The notes: generated by a model not told the origin, from the letters alone. Counted from the first letter of the stretch, positions 9,498 to 19,425 are shown. The stretch: DNA of 55,191 nt from Kiritimatiellales bacterium (GCA_016744085.1 JADGFE010000001.1:1-55191); one strand, 5' to 3'. Program-made: numbers and translations.

Positions 9498-10142
9498 ATG
9501 GCATCAATTATTACCAACTCCGGAATAATCATCCGAGGGAAACAACGAAAAGCGGTTTACAACATGTTAAAGCAACCGGTGACCGGAAAACGGATTCTTG
9601 AAGCTGCGAGACAGGTGGCACCGTCTATGAGCTATCAGGATCTGCGGCATATTTTGCGAAACTTTCAAGAAGAAGGAATTATCACATGCCTCAATCCAGA
9701 ATGTCAGACTGGGCGGTTTTATGTACGGGTCAATTATGTAGGGACAATATCCCAAACGTCTAACGAGATGGAACTCTGCGCCAAGGTAGGCCGAGCCAAA
9801 ACTCGGCTGGCTGTATTAAAAGAGGTCGCAAAGGATCGCTTCTTCGAATCCCATCCATTGACCGCAACCCAGATCAAAAAGTATATGCGCGAAACCTACC
9901 CGCTCGGACTCAATCATGTGAGTGCGGCATTAAAATTTCTGGAGAAACACCAGCTGGTTGAAATCTCTGGATATACCAACAAGCGGGATCTGAAAATCTT
10001 CCGGATCACCAATCGGGGTAAAACCATCCTAACCCATATGACACAAAACAACTCTTCATCGGTTTGTACCCCTACACGTATACCGTGTAATGGGACAGAG
10101 GAAAAATTGCCCCAAATTATTCCAGAAAATCGAAAGGTTTAA
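9498..10142 (+). CDS. Tandem winged-helix DNA-binding protein
   Basis: Two wHTH-like halves: RGKQRKAV...GIITCLNPECQTGRFY and RAKTRLAVL...LVEI...FRITNRG. Confidence 0.7.
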   Translation: MASIITNSGIIIRGKQRKAVYNMLKQPVTGKRILEAARQVAPSMSYQDLRHILRNFQEEGIITCLNPECQTGRFYVRVNYVGTISQTSNEMELCAKVGRAKTRLAVLKEVAKDRFFESHPLTATQIKKYMRETYPLGLNHVSAALKFLEKHQLVEISGYTNKRDLKIFRITNRGKTILTHMTQNNSSSVCTPTRIPCNGTEEKLPQIIPENRKV

Positions 10143-10300
10143 ATAGCTCAACCTCTTTACAACAGTAACCTTGAAAGGTGGGTATGCGTCGCTCGTACGG
10201 AGCCTCCCCCGGCCTGGGCATTTTACTCAAAGTACGATGCACGCGCGTTCCCACTCTTCGAGGACAACATTTAATAAGGAGAAGAGAGGAAGAATGTACT

Positions 10301-11560
10301 GTGCCGATAGCAAACTATGAACGAATGGCTTTGAGAGCCGAAACCAAAATCTTTGAAGAGCCGGAGATCCCGGAACACACCAAGCAAATACTGCGACGGT
10401 TCCTGACGGCCTACGATGTCAGCCCCGCGCGAAAAACCATTTTTCTGAGCAAGGTTAAACCATTGCTTATTGAATTCGATCCCATCGAATCCGCGCTGAC
10501 GGAACGAGATCATATCAACCAGTTCTTTGCAAAACTTCGACAGCGTTACAGCCCAGCAACCTATGCCACGTACATCAATGTTATCCGCCGATTTCTAAGT
10601 TGGCTCAACGATGGCGACCGTCCTGTCGGCATGCGGGATATTCGCCCAAGCAAAGCGTCTAAAATGCGAAGAAACCTAAAACCGGAAGATATGCTCACGT
10701 GGGAGGATGGACTGTTGATCTCGGATACCCTGTGCAACATTCAAATGCAAGCCGCTGTTCAAATCCAACTCGACTGCGGGTTCCGTCCATCTGAATTCAT
10801 CGATCTAAACTATCAGGATGTGGAGGTTCATACTGGCCTGGCTGTTTTCCATGTGCGAAACGGAAAAACAGGAAGCCGTAGTGTTGTCGCACACCGGTGC
10901 ATTCCGGCTCTGTTAAAATGGATGGATACCCATCCAACCAAACGGCCAAGCGACCCGTTATGGATTTTTGAGAGCAGTATCCGAAAAGCTGATAATGGCC
11001 AGCTTCGGGCAAGCCGCTACCGCTACCCCGCAATGGCCAAGCGAGTGAGAAACGCGGGACGCAAAGCAGGTATCGACAAACCCTTCGACTTCTACAACCT
11101 GCGGCACTCGAGTTGTGTACTCGATAAAATGGACAACCTGCCTGTTGATCTGGCTGCCGAACGTCACGGTCACAGCGTGAAGCATTTTGTGGGAACCTAC
11201 GGAAGACTGAGTGTTCAGGATGTCATGCGGCGGTTTAATTCGCACTACGGGATCGGAGAACAGGAAACCGTCAAAACGGTTGAACACCTAACCTGTCCTA
11301 CATGCCAAACGCTCAACAGCGACAAGCAAGACTGGTGCTCATCCTGCGGCACTCCACTGAATGCCAAGGGAGCGATGGAATCGGCTCAAAAACAGGGGCT
11401 TTTGGATTTAGAAAGTCAAAGCACCGCACAAACCGAACTGGCGCAAATGAAGGCAGAACTGGTGGCCTCACGCGAGCGGGAAAAATCGTTCAGAGAAGAA
11501 CAGATGCTCTTGTTGCAACAGGTTCAACAGATCCGTTCATCACTTGCAGAGAGGTCTTAA
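10301..11560 (+). CDS. Tyrosine recombinase/integrase with C-terminal zinc ribbon and coiled coil
   Basis: GFRPSE (R), GKTG (K), YNLRHS (R), HGHS (H), GTYGRLS (Y); CPTC..N......CSSCG; GTG start after GAGGA. Confidence 0.9.
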   Translation: MPIANYERMALRAETKIFEEPEIPEHTKQILRRFLTAYDVSPARKTIFLSKVKPLLIEFDPIESALTERDHINQFFAKLRQRYSPATYATYINVIRRFLSWLNDGDRPVGMRDIRPSKASKMRRNLKPEDMLTWEDGLLISDTLCNIQMQAAVQIQLDCGFRPSEFIDLNYQDVEVHTGLAVFHVRNGKTGSRSVVAHRCIPALLKWMDTHPTKRPSDPLWIFESSIRKADNGQLRASRYRYPAMAKRVRNAGRKAGIDKPFDFYNLRHSSCVLDKMDNLPVDLAAERHGHSVKHFVGTYGRLSVQDVMRRFNSHYGIGEQETVKTVEHLTCPTCQTLNSDKQDWCSSCGTPLNAKGAMESAQKQGLLDLESQSTAQTELAQMKAELVASREREKSFREEQMLLLQQVQQIRSSLAERS

Positions 11561-11579
11561 ATCCTTTGGTTAGTCCAAA

Positions 11580-12863
11580 TTATTGCACTGCTTGCGTGAT
11601 ATTTATGCGGTATGTGAAATCAACAGCGCTATCAATGCTCCATGTTTCATAAACCCACTGATCCAACTTCGCATAATGAGTGTTGGCCTTCCAAAAGTCT
11701 GCATAGTTTTCCTCTCTGGAAAAATCCTTTTGATCTGTAGAGCAGAAAGGAATCACAAAAATATAAATGAAACAGGCGAGCCTAAGTTCCGCATGCATGT
11801 AGGGTAGATTCAAATTGTCTACTTTCCGCCTGTAGATAACCAAGGAGGGTTGGTCATGATAATCTCTGGTGTCTAAGCGCATTGCGACCTTCGGCAGTTC
11901 CAGTGTTTCCCCTGTATTGTGGGGCTCGTTGATCCACGCTATAGTTCTCGTGAAATGTTTCAACTCGTTTGGCTTGATTACCCCGACAACGAATTTTACC
12001 AAACACCTGTAAACATTCATCAGATTAAGGGGCTTGATATACTCAAGAGGAATGCTAACCGCGCCTTCTTTGAAACATTCCTCCTCAGAAAAGAATTTAA
12101 CGCAGGGGATCCCGTCCACATGGCGAATCTCGCCGTTCTTGAATTTCAGCGTGGGGATTCCGCCTTTCCCCTTCTTGCCGTACAGTGCTCTAAATATCTT
12201 AAAGTATTCAAATGCATCCTGATCGACGGTGGAGGCAAACGACGAGTTGCATCCGTCGCACTCTTCTGCCGAAATAATTGTCTTGTTTCCCAGCGATTCA
12301 GGAAAGGCATGCGCAACATGTCTAAATGAAACCGTTCCGTTTGATTTACCGCAATACCTACAGGTTCGTTTTTGTTTGTCGGCTTCGCCATACAAGGTTC
12401 TTTTCGGTGGGTTAATCGGAATAAACTCATAGTTTTCCTGGAGCGTTTGGAATAATTCCGTGTACTGCCTCATCTTTATCTCTAACTCGGTTTGAGCCTG
12501 ATCGCAGTCTGCTCCGGAGTTAAGTAGTCTCAACAACTCATAAATACGCACAGACTGATCTGGGGAAGCAACATTGGGCGAATCAACCGAAATGTATACA
12601 TGCTCCCCCTCGGGAAGTTTCTCAAAATATGAGTCGACACCCTTGAGTTTGATGCACATTTCTTCGTATTGAACTATTAACTCATGTATCCGTTTTTTGT
12701 GCTCGAGGCTGATTTTATGGACGGGGATAAGGTGCAATTCATTTTCATGCGCTTTCGAAAAAATGGACAGCAACCTTACGAAGAAGTCCGTTGCCCGAGG
12801 CTGCACCTCCATCTGAAAGGATAACGGATTCTCGACTGCATGGCATGTGAAAGTATGGCACAT
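11580..12863 (-). CDS. HNH endonuclease (HNH_5-like) protein
   Basis: CRYCG...AHAFPESLGN...ECDGCNSSF. Confidence 0.8.
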   Translation of the reverse strand: MCHTFTCHAVENPLSFQMEVQPRATDFFVRLLSIFSKAHENELHLIPVHKISLEHKKRIHELIVQYEEMCIKLKGVDSYFEKLPEGEHVYISVDSPNVASPDQSVRIYELLRLLNSGADCDQAQTELEIKMRQYTELFQTLQENYEFIPINPPKRTLYGEADKQKRTCRYCGKSNGTVSFRHVAHAFPESLGNKTIISAEECDGCNSSFASTVDQDAFEYFKIFRALYGKKGKGGIPTLKFKNGEIRHVDGIPCVKFFSEEECFKEGAVSIPLEYIKPLNLMNVYRCLVKFVVGVIKPNELKHFTRTIAWINEPHNTGETLELPKVAMRLDTRDYHDQPSLVIYRRKVDNLNLPYMHAELRLACFIYIFVIPFCSTDQKDFSREENYADFWKANTHYAKLDQWVYETWSIDSAVDFTYRINITQAVQ

Positions 12864-12920
12864 TGGAAATCTCCATTTTCTAACACCTTATCAGATGCCA
12901 GCATGAAACAAAGGGTTGAC

Positions 12921-12934
12921 CCTTAGGCGAATTT
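12921..12934. promoter_or_regulatory. Palindromic operator-like site in divergent promoter region
   Basis: AAGGGT-TG-ACCCTT inverted repeat containing TTGAC. Confidence 0.3.
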
Positions 12935-12995
12935 CTCCCGCCAATCCCACCAATCCGAGGCAAGCGATTAAAGAAGCAAGGGTTTTGTTACTCCT

Positions 12996-13187
12996 ATGGA
13001 ATCGGAACAAACCACCCCCCCTGAACAGGAAGCAGATAACTTCCCTGTGATCCCAGTACAAACCGTGAATGAGATTTCCGGCCAACTGGCTGATATCGAG
13101 TTAAAACTCGATCACATTATCGAAACCATCAAGGACTCGCTTCATCGCATGAATCTTGAGGACAGCAACAGGGAGGACTCGCCATGA
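12996..13187 (+). CDS. Small hypothetical protein
   Basis: 63 aa; ATGA overlap with the SSB gene. Confidence 0.55.
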   Translation: MESEQTTPPEQEADNFPVIPVQTVNEISGQLADIELKLDHIIETIKDSLHRMNLEDSNREDSP

Positions 13188-13510
13188 ACTCTGTTCAATT
13201 AAGCGGAATCATCACAACGCCTCCGAGTGCTCTTGAGCATGGAAAAGGAATCCGATTTATTCTTAAGGCTCGTTATCCATCCAAAGATGGAAGCAACCGA
13301 ACAGGTATTACCTATATTCCCTGTAGCGCATTCGATGCAAGTAAGGAACAAAGCGATATTCTTCTCGGGAAAAACTTCCAAGATTTCGTAGTGGAACTGT
13401 CAGGCCGCTTGGTTATTTCAGTCTATGAAAATGAAAAAGGACAGAATATCTACAACACCGAAGTGGTCGTGAATCCAAACGGATTATTGATCAAGCAACG
13501 GGGGAAATAA
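13184..13510 (+). CDS. ssb: Single-stranded DNA-binding protein (OB fold, no acidic tail)
   Basis: MNSVQLSG...GRL...YENEKGQNIYNTEVVV pattern; GGAGG RBS. Confidence 0.75.
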   Translation: MNSVQLSGIITTPPSALEHGKGIRFILKARYPSKDGSNRTGITYIPCSAFDASKEQSDILLGKNFQDFVVELSGRLVISVYENEKGQNIYNTEVVVNPNGLLIKQRGK

Positions 13511-13515
13511 TTCCC

Positions 13516-13884
13516 ATGTATTCCCCTCGGATTTACGAAAACCAGATTCCCTGCCTCTACCACGCCGCGAGGAATTTGGAGGTTCCCATGACCCAGTTGG
13601 CAAACGCTTTTGTCTATTACGGGCTGATTTCTGGCTACTATGGAATGGTTGCATCGGAATTGCTACCCCAGCCCAATCAGGTTGTCCCCATGAATGTAAA
13701 ACCGCACATGCAGATTTTCCATCCCAATTATCACACAATCCGCGACTACATGTGGAACCTGCCTCCTGTCGGTACGCTTAATGTGAATTTTCAAACCATG
13801 GCAGATTTGGCGGGTCGGGAAATTCCGCAAATTATTCTCCCAGCAAAACGAGAGGAAAAGGAGGATGAGCTTGTCCCGTTCTAA
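13516..13884 (+). CDS. Hypothetical protein (MYSPRI...LY..A....PMT.L.N motif of mobile elements)
   Basis: 122 aa; tightly linked to ssb. Confidence 0.7.
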   Translation: MYSPRIYENQIPCLYHAARNLEVPMTQLANAFVYYGLISGYYGMVASELLPQPNQVVPMNVKPHMQIFHPNYHTIRDYMWNLPPVGTLNVNFQTMADLAGREIPQIILPAKREEKEDELVPF

Positions 13885-14350
13885 TCACTACCACCACTCG
13901 CGCTGGTCATTAGTGAAACATACTATGGCGTGCGTATTTTGGTTGATGGTTGGAGCGGGCATTCTTTTCACTCCCGTTGGACACGTTCGATGGCTCGGAT
14001 TGCTCCCTGCAAGCTATGGTTTGCTTCGCTGGGTTTTCAGCGTCCGCCCTCGATGGAAACATGTCGTTATTTTGGATGAGGAAAAGCTGATCATCGGAAC
14101 CCGTTCCTATGACTGGAGCCAATTTGACGAGATGCGACTGGAGCGAAATGAAACAACTCGAGCGATCAACCTGATTGGAGACGGTGGAAAACTCGACGTA
14201 TTGATCAGGGATGATCTGCCTGATTTTGATGAGCTGGCACAGAATTGTTTCTTCCACATGAACCGGTCATTCGGGCAACCCGACTCCCTGAACTCTTCGC
14301 CCGAATCCGGTTCTGCTTTCCTAGGTTCAAATAAACAAAGAACCGATTGA
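13865..14350 (+). CDS. Hypothetical membrane protein (2 TM + PH-like domain)
   Basis: Two hydrophobic segments then a beta-rich region; GGAGG RBS. Confidence 0.6.
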   Translation: MSLSRSNHYHHSRWSLVKHTMACVFWLMVGAGILFTPVGHVRWLGLLPASYGLLRWVFSVRPRWKHVVILDEEKLIIGTRSYDWSQFDEMRLERNETTRAINLIGDGGKLDVLIRDDLPDFDELAQNCFFHMNRSFGQPDSLNSSPESGSAFLGSNKQRTD

Positions 14351-14677
14351 GTTTACTTCGTCGCATTGTGACAAATGCGAAAGCTGTACAGTCGGCCAAA
14401 CTTTTATAAAGCCACAGTCTGGAAATAACGTGGATCAAAAGGCCGACTAAAAAACCCTGCCTGGATTTTCTAGCTCTGCCTGATGTTTCGCAAATCAGAA
14501 TTTGGTAGTGAAATATCAAATTTTATCTTTGAGAAAATGGGGTTATTTTTGGCGAAATCAATTTCTCATGTGGAAGTCGACCTACGGCTTCACTTGCGGA
14601 TAAGTGGACGGGAAAAGGAGTCGTTCTCATCCCCGTTTTCTCTTTTATCTTCCTTCTGCAACATCTCGGAATTAAAC

Positions 14678-14697
14678 CGGAAACAATATTGTTTCCG
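14678..14697. repeat. Perfect 20-bp palindrome
   Basis: CGGAAACAATATTGTTTCCG. Confidence 0.8.
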
Positions 14698-14746
14698 ATT
14701 GATTTCGTTCTATTCCGCCCGGAATCAATCCCTGTAACAGGTGGTT

Positions 14747-15187
14747 TTACGGGGCTGGTGGCGGTGGTGGATTTGGCGTTCCGCCTCCGGTTCCTCCGCC
14801 GGGCGGAGTTGGCCCACTGGAAGTTGAACCGCTGTCTCCTCCGCCTCCACCTCCACCAGAAGCGGCGGCCGCAATGCCTCCAACGACCACGGCTTCCCCG
14901 ATTAGGATTCGACCTGTTCGTCCGGCATCTTCGCTCCACGCGCTGGGATTGAGCCACGAAAGACTACCGCCCATTGCTACTGGAGAGCCCCATCGTTTAG
15001 GGGAAAAGAGCGCAAAGAAATCGCCCGTCGAAGTGAACTTTACACCGACCTCCGCATATTGCCCACTCTCGGTTGTACAGCCCGACCCCACCAGCTCTGG
15101 ACCCTTTGAGCCAGATGGCTGAGTTGTCGCACATCCACTAAACAGAGTAAGTGCCAGCACAGAACTACTAATCTTTATCAAATTCAT
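14747..15187 (-). CDS. Lipoprotein with Gly/Pro-rich C-terminus
   Basis: Lipobox LFSG-C; hydrophobic segment then GGGGGG and PPPPAP tail. Confidence 0.75.
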   Translation of the reverse strand: MNLIKISSSVLALTLFSGCATTQPSGSKGPELVGSGCTTESGQYAEVGVKFTSTGDFFALFSPKRWGSPVAMGGSLSWLNPSAWSEDAGRTGRILIGEAVVVGGIAAAASGGGGGGGDSGSTSSGPTPPGGGTGGGTPNPPPPPAP

Positions 15188-15211
15188 ATCCCTTGCTCTC
15201 CGTTTCTCCGG

Positions 15212-15520
15212 CTATTTGAAATGGCATACCCATTCGCCAAACGCATATTCCCCTCGCGTCGTATCCCACAAACCGATCCAGTACCATGTATCCCACTCTG
15301 GAATCTGAAACAGATAGATGCCGCTATTGTCGTAGGTTTGATGTTCCTGAATCCAAGATTCAGAATAGGCATCCCAGATGCAGACCAAATGTTTTACACT
15401 GGGGTTGTCATTGTGAACGTTGCCCAGAGCGATCCGTTCCGTCGGCAAGCCAAACGATCCGGCCAGCGATACCATGGCCGTCATCAGAATTATTCCTGTG
15501 ATCCATTTCTTCATTTTCAT
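15212..15520 (-). CDS. Small secreted Trp-rich protein
   Basis: Signal peptide MKMKKWITGIILMTAMVSLA; GGAGG RBS. Confidence 0.75.
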   Translation of the reverse strand: MKMKKWITGIILMTAMVSLAGSFGLPTERIALGNVHNDNPSVKHLVCIWDAYSESWIQEHQTYDNSGIYLFQIPEWDTWYWIGLWDTTRGEYAFGEWVCHFK

Positions 15521-15534
15521 TCCTCCATTAAAAG

Positions 15535-18500
15535 TTAGGGCAGAGTTATTTCGCGGCGGATAAAACGCCCATCGGCAAATACCCAGTCATCACCATTTTT
15601 TTCCATGATGCAGAGCCAATACCACTGCCTGTTCTTTAGATCGCCAACAACCAATTCGGTCGGTGAAAGCTTCTGACCAAGCCTGATCCATTTTTCATCC
15701 TCATAATCCCAAATGAATGAGGCCGTCCACTTGCCATCAAAACCGGAAAGAGGATACGTTACGGTGCGCACAGGCTCCCATGTGAGGTCGTCGAGCCACC
15801 CGCAATCCTGTCCCGCTGAATGTGAATTGTCTTTGTGAAAAGACCACTGGAGCCGGTTGTATCCGGAAGGAATATTAATCGAATACTGCTGCCAATCAGC
15901 CAATTCGCCCGAAAGGGTTTCCATGAGCTTGTAGTCACTGTAAAATTGAAGTCCGTCATATTGTTCACAGGAAGTACGCCACCAAAACGACAATTTTCCG
16001 GGACCGACTACATAGGCATCAAGCCGAGAACCCTCGTTGTCGCCAACCGCACCGCTTTGCAGTGCGCTACCACCCCCATGACTGACTGCATCTTGTGAAA
16101 ACCAGGAAACACTGCCCTGCGGTGTCCAGATGTTTGGGATATTATGAGCACCCAACGCTTCCTGCATCGTATCCGCCGATGCCGTAGTAAACGACCAGGC
16201 GTTGCCTATAGCCGCTCCCGCTGAATTCGTCGCAACTACCTTCCAGTAGAATTGAGCATTACCCGCGCGTAGTCCGGTATCGTACTGTGTTCCAGACAAG
16301 GTGGCCACCAGCGTCATATTATCTGGCGCCGTTCCAAACCAAACCTCGTATCCGGTTGCGTAGTCAGCCTCGTCCCATTGCAGGACAACGTTTCGGTTAA
16401 TACCGGTTGCTCCGTCAACGGGAACGGGGTTCGTTGGTACAGAGGGAGGTGCCGCAGACATCATGCGGACAACCACCTGCTTTCCATCGGGATCTTCGGC
16501 TTCGAATTCCGTGTAGACCCGGCCATCGGCATCCGTGCCCGAATCAATGCTCCGCTTGAAGGAATAGGTTTCCCATGCAATTCCCGCAACATCGAACCAC
16601 CCGCTCCCCGTCATAACGGAAGCGATAAATGCCCCGCTGTTGACCGAAGCGTTTAAACGGTCTTGTTCTGCAACACCAAGACTACTGTTTCCAATAGCGT
16701 CCAGACTCACATACTTGATGGCTGTCACCGGAACTGCAACCTTCAGATAGACAACGCTTGCAGCACAAACACCCCCACTAATTGGGTTGGGAGCAAGAGC
16801 AGTAATCCCGCAAGAAACCAGCGCAACGCCTGATGCCCCTGTTAGCACCGGTTCATTTTCCGCAACAGTTGAAAGAAGATCCAAAGATTCTAATGCCGCA
16901 TCCTGCACTTCCTGCCCAAAATCCATGACCTGATCGAGTCGATCCGACATGAAGTTTACAAAATTTAGTCGATGGGTAAGGTCATCGTCCAGCTCCACTT
17001 GACCAATGGTAATCGTACCGTTCGGGATTCCTAGATACTGGTAGTTATGGAGGTCTTCAAACGGCACCATGCAAAGTGCCTCATCGCCCTCTGCCACAAA
17101 ACGGAACAGCGATGCCGTTCCGGGATTTACGCCATCGGTCGTGTAGGAGAACCGACCCTGTGCATCGGTTGTCGCCGCAATGGCCACGGATGCGCGAGCC
17201 ACCGGATCTTCCACCGCAATATCAATGCCGCTAGCTGGATTTCCGCTTCCGTTGAGTACAGTGCCACTGAATTCAACCTGAACCCATCCATTACCTAACG
17301 GATAGGAAACCGCATCGTAGTCGGCAGATAGAGAATAGACCTCGGGAATATCTACGATACTCACAACCTGAGTCGCGGTTTTTCCATCATAGGTGGCGGT
17401 GACCGTGCAGGTTTGATTTCCATCGACATAGTTGGCAATCAACTTTCCGCCGGGGTTGGTAATGTTTACATGCAGTGCATCCTCACTCCAGGAAGCCGAG
17501 GTCGTAACATCATTTGTCGACCCATCGCTGTAATGGGCGATGCAATGGTATTGGGCATTGCTGTTTTCATCCAAGGATGTTGGTCCCGAAATGGATATTG
17601 AGTTCAAGCTGGCTGGAATATTTTTGACCGTAATCGACTTGGTGGCCGACTTCCCTCCATACGATGCTGTGACCGTCACAGGTAAATCGAAGGAAACCTC
17701 CTTGGCGGATAACACTCCGCTGTCCGAGATGGGCGCATAGCTTGAATTGCTACTGTTCCAGTCTGTCGCGCTTGTTACATCGTTCGTCGATCCATCGCTG
17801 TAGTGGGCGGTGCTGGCATATTGCACCGTGGTGTTTTCATTGACGGTTGACGAGCCGGATATAGAAACCGAATCAAGAGTGACTGGCAGATCGTTTTCAA
17901 TCAGGACGCTCTTCGTGGCCGTTTTCCCTTGGTAGGTCGCCGTAACCGTAACCGGAATGTCCAGCGATACGGTTTTCGCGGACAGTAAACCACTCGAGCT
18001 GATTGGGGCATAGCTTGTGTTACTGCTTTGCCAGTTTGCTCTATCTGTAAACCCAAGAACTCCGCCATTTTCGTATTGAACATTACAGATGAACTGCGCC
18101 GAGCCATTTTCGTTAACCACAGAAGGACCCGCGATTGAGATGGAAACGATATCATCTTCGAGATAAATACTGAGTGTGTCCGTTTTGCCGCCATAATGTG
18201 CCGTAATCGTACAGCCCTGAACATTCACCTCCAAATACGGGCTAACAACCAGCAGGTTGTTGTCGTAAGGAAAAAGTGCATTGCTTGAATCTGTTTCCCA
18301 GCTTGTGGAACTGGAAATATCAGTGCTCGATCCGTCGCTATAGTGAGCGGTACAAGTATACCATGCTTGCTCATCCTCCCCGACAATCGGAGATCCCGAA
18401 ACTTCAATATACGACAATGTAGGGGCAATTACTTCGTTTCTGACTATCAGCGAATGGGTATCGCTCTTTCCCCCATAGCTTGCGGAAACGACCACCCTCT

Positions 18501-19425
18501 TATTTGAATCCACGCTCTTGCCCGTCAAACGTCCAATTGAACTAATCGATGCGTATTGTGTCAGGTCAACGCTCCAACTTGCAGGGCTGGACACATTCTG
18601 CGTCGACCCATCGCTATAGGTCGCGGTGCAGGTATATTGCGCTGAATTGTTTTCCAGAACTGAATCGGGGCCAGTAACTGAAATGGAAGCGACCGTTGCG
18701 GCAACATTTTTGATGGTTACGTTATGCGTGTCGGATTTGCCGCCATAGCTTGCTGTGATGGTGCAGGACTGGTCGGAGGAAACCGACGATGTACTCAGGT
18801 ATCCGCTTGAGTTGATTGTCGCGTAGCCTGAATCCTCACTCCAGGAAGGAGTAATGGTTTTTGACGAGCCATCGCTGTAATGCGCCCAGCAATTATAGGT
18901 AAAGCTACCGCCTTCATTAATCGAAGTGACGCCGGAGATGCGAATGTAGTCTAGTATTGGCGTGGTGGAGCCAGATTTCTTATAATGCACCGTATACTGA
19001 TTTGACCCTGCAACACTAAGTGCAAGGTATATTTCACTCACTCCGCTTGGCACCGTATAGTCATACGCAAAATTTATACCATCGGAATATTGTCCTGCCG
19101 CAAAATAGGTAACAAACGTGTCTCCCGGTTTGATATAGCCAATTCCTGAAACCAATTTTGTTGGAGAGACCCCTCCAGTACTCCAAATTTGAACCTGATC
19201 CCCGGGCGAAACTCCAAATTTAAAACGGTCGTTCCGGTCACCATTTCCGCCATCAATAGTATGAGGACCATGAGTATTTTCAGTCGTTGAAATTACACCA
19301 ACATAAGTCGGCGTATCGTCATCACCGGGATCCCACTGGTCAGAAAAAACTGATCCCCCGCCGAGGAATAGACCGACCAAAATCAACCAAGGATAACTTC
19401 TCCATCTACGTTTATTCATCGTCAT
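15535..19425 (-). CDS. Large secreted/surface protein with six Ig-like (Big_2-type) repeats, FN3-like domain and Trp-rich C-terminal domain
   Basis: Signal peptide; six ~88-aa repeats (L.SI.ISG..SV.EN..AQY...A.YSDGS...VT....W...TVTASYGGK); P..PTNP.P.DGATG...YWKVVA.N FN3 pattern. Confidence 0.85.
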   Translation of the reverse strand: MTMNKRRWRSYPWLILVGLFLGGGSVFSDQWDPGDDDTPTYVGVISTTENTHGPHTIDGGNGDRNDRFKFGVSPGDQVQIWSTGGVSPTKLVSGIGYIKPGDTFVTYFAAGQYSDGINFAYDYTVPSGVSEIYLALSVAGSNQYTVHYKKSGSTTPILDYIRISGVTSINEGGSFTYNCWAHYSDGSSKTITPSWSEDSGYATINSSGYLSTSSVSSDQSCTITASYGGKSDTHNVTIKNVAATVASISVTGPDSVLENNSAQYTCTATYSDGSTQNVSSPASWSVDLTQYASISSIGRLTGKSVDSNKRVVVSASYGGKSDTHSLIVRNEVIAPTLSYIEVSGSPIVGEDEQAWYTCTAHYSDGSSTDISSSTSWETDSSNALFPYDNNLLVVSPYLEVNVQGCTITAHYGGKTDTLSIYLEDDIVSISIAGPSVVNENGSAQFICNVQYENGGVLGFTDRANWQSSNTSYAPISSSGLLSAKTVSLDIPVTVTATYQGKTATKSVLIENDLPVTLDSVSISGSSTVNENTTVQYASTAHYSDGSTNDVTSATDWNSSNSSYAPISDSGVLSAKEVSFDLPVTVTASYGGKSATKSITVKNIPASLNSISISGPTSLDENSNAQYHCIAHYSDGSTNDVTTSASWSEDALHVNITNPGGKLIANYVDGNQTCTVTATYDGKTATQVVSIVDIPEVYSLSADYDAVSYPLGNGWVQVEFSGTVLNGSGNPASGIDIAVEDPVARASVAIAATTDAQGRFSYTTDGVNPGTASLFRFVAEGDEALCMVPFEDLHNYQYLGIPNGTITIGQVELDDDLTHRLNFVNFMSDRLDQVMDFGQEVQDAALESLDLLSTVAENEPVLTGASGVALVSCGITALAPNPISGGVCAASVVYLKVAVPVTAIKYVSLDAIGNSSLGVAEQDRLNASVNSGAFIASVMTGSGWFDVAGIAWETYSFKRSIDSGTDADGRVYTEFEAEDPDGKQVVVRMMSAAPPSVPTNPVPVDGATGINRNVVLQWDEADYATGYEVWFGTAPDNMTLVATLSGTQYDTGLRAGNAQFYWKVVATNSAGAAIGNAWSFTTASADTMQEALGAHNIPNIWTPQGSVSWFSQDAVSHGGGSALQSGAVGDNEGSRLDAYVVGPGKLSFWWRTSCEQYDGLQFYSDYKLMETLSGELADWQQYSINIPSGYNRLQWSFHKDNSHSAGQDCGWLDDLTWEPVRTVTYPLSGFDGKWTASFIWDYEDEKWIRLGQKLSPTELVVGDLKNRQWYWLCIMEKNGDDWVFADGRFIRREITLP

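Noticed and set aside
10205-10221. CCCGGCCTGGGCA upstream of the integrase as a tRNA 3' remnant
   Set aside because: No GTTCRA T-loop and no partner copy seen.
14523-14957. Arg-rich 144-aa ORF
   Set aside because: Alternative frame of the Gly/Pro-rich lipoprotein tail.
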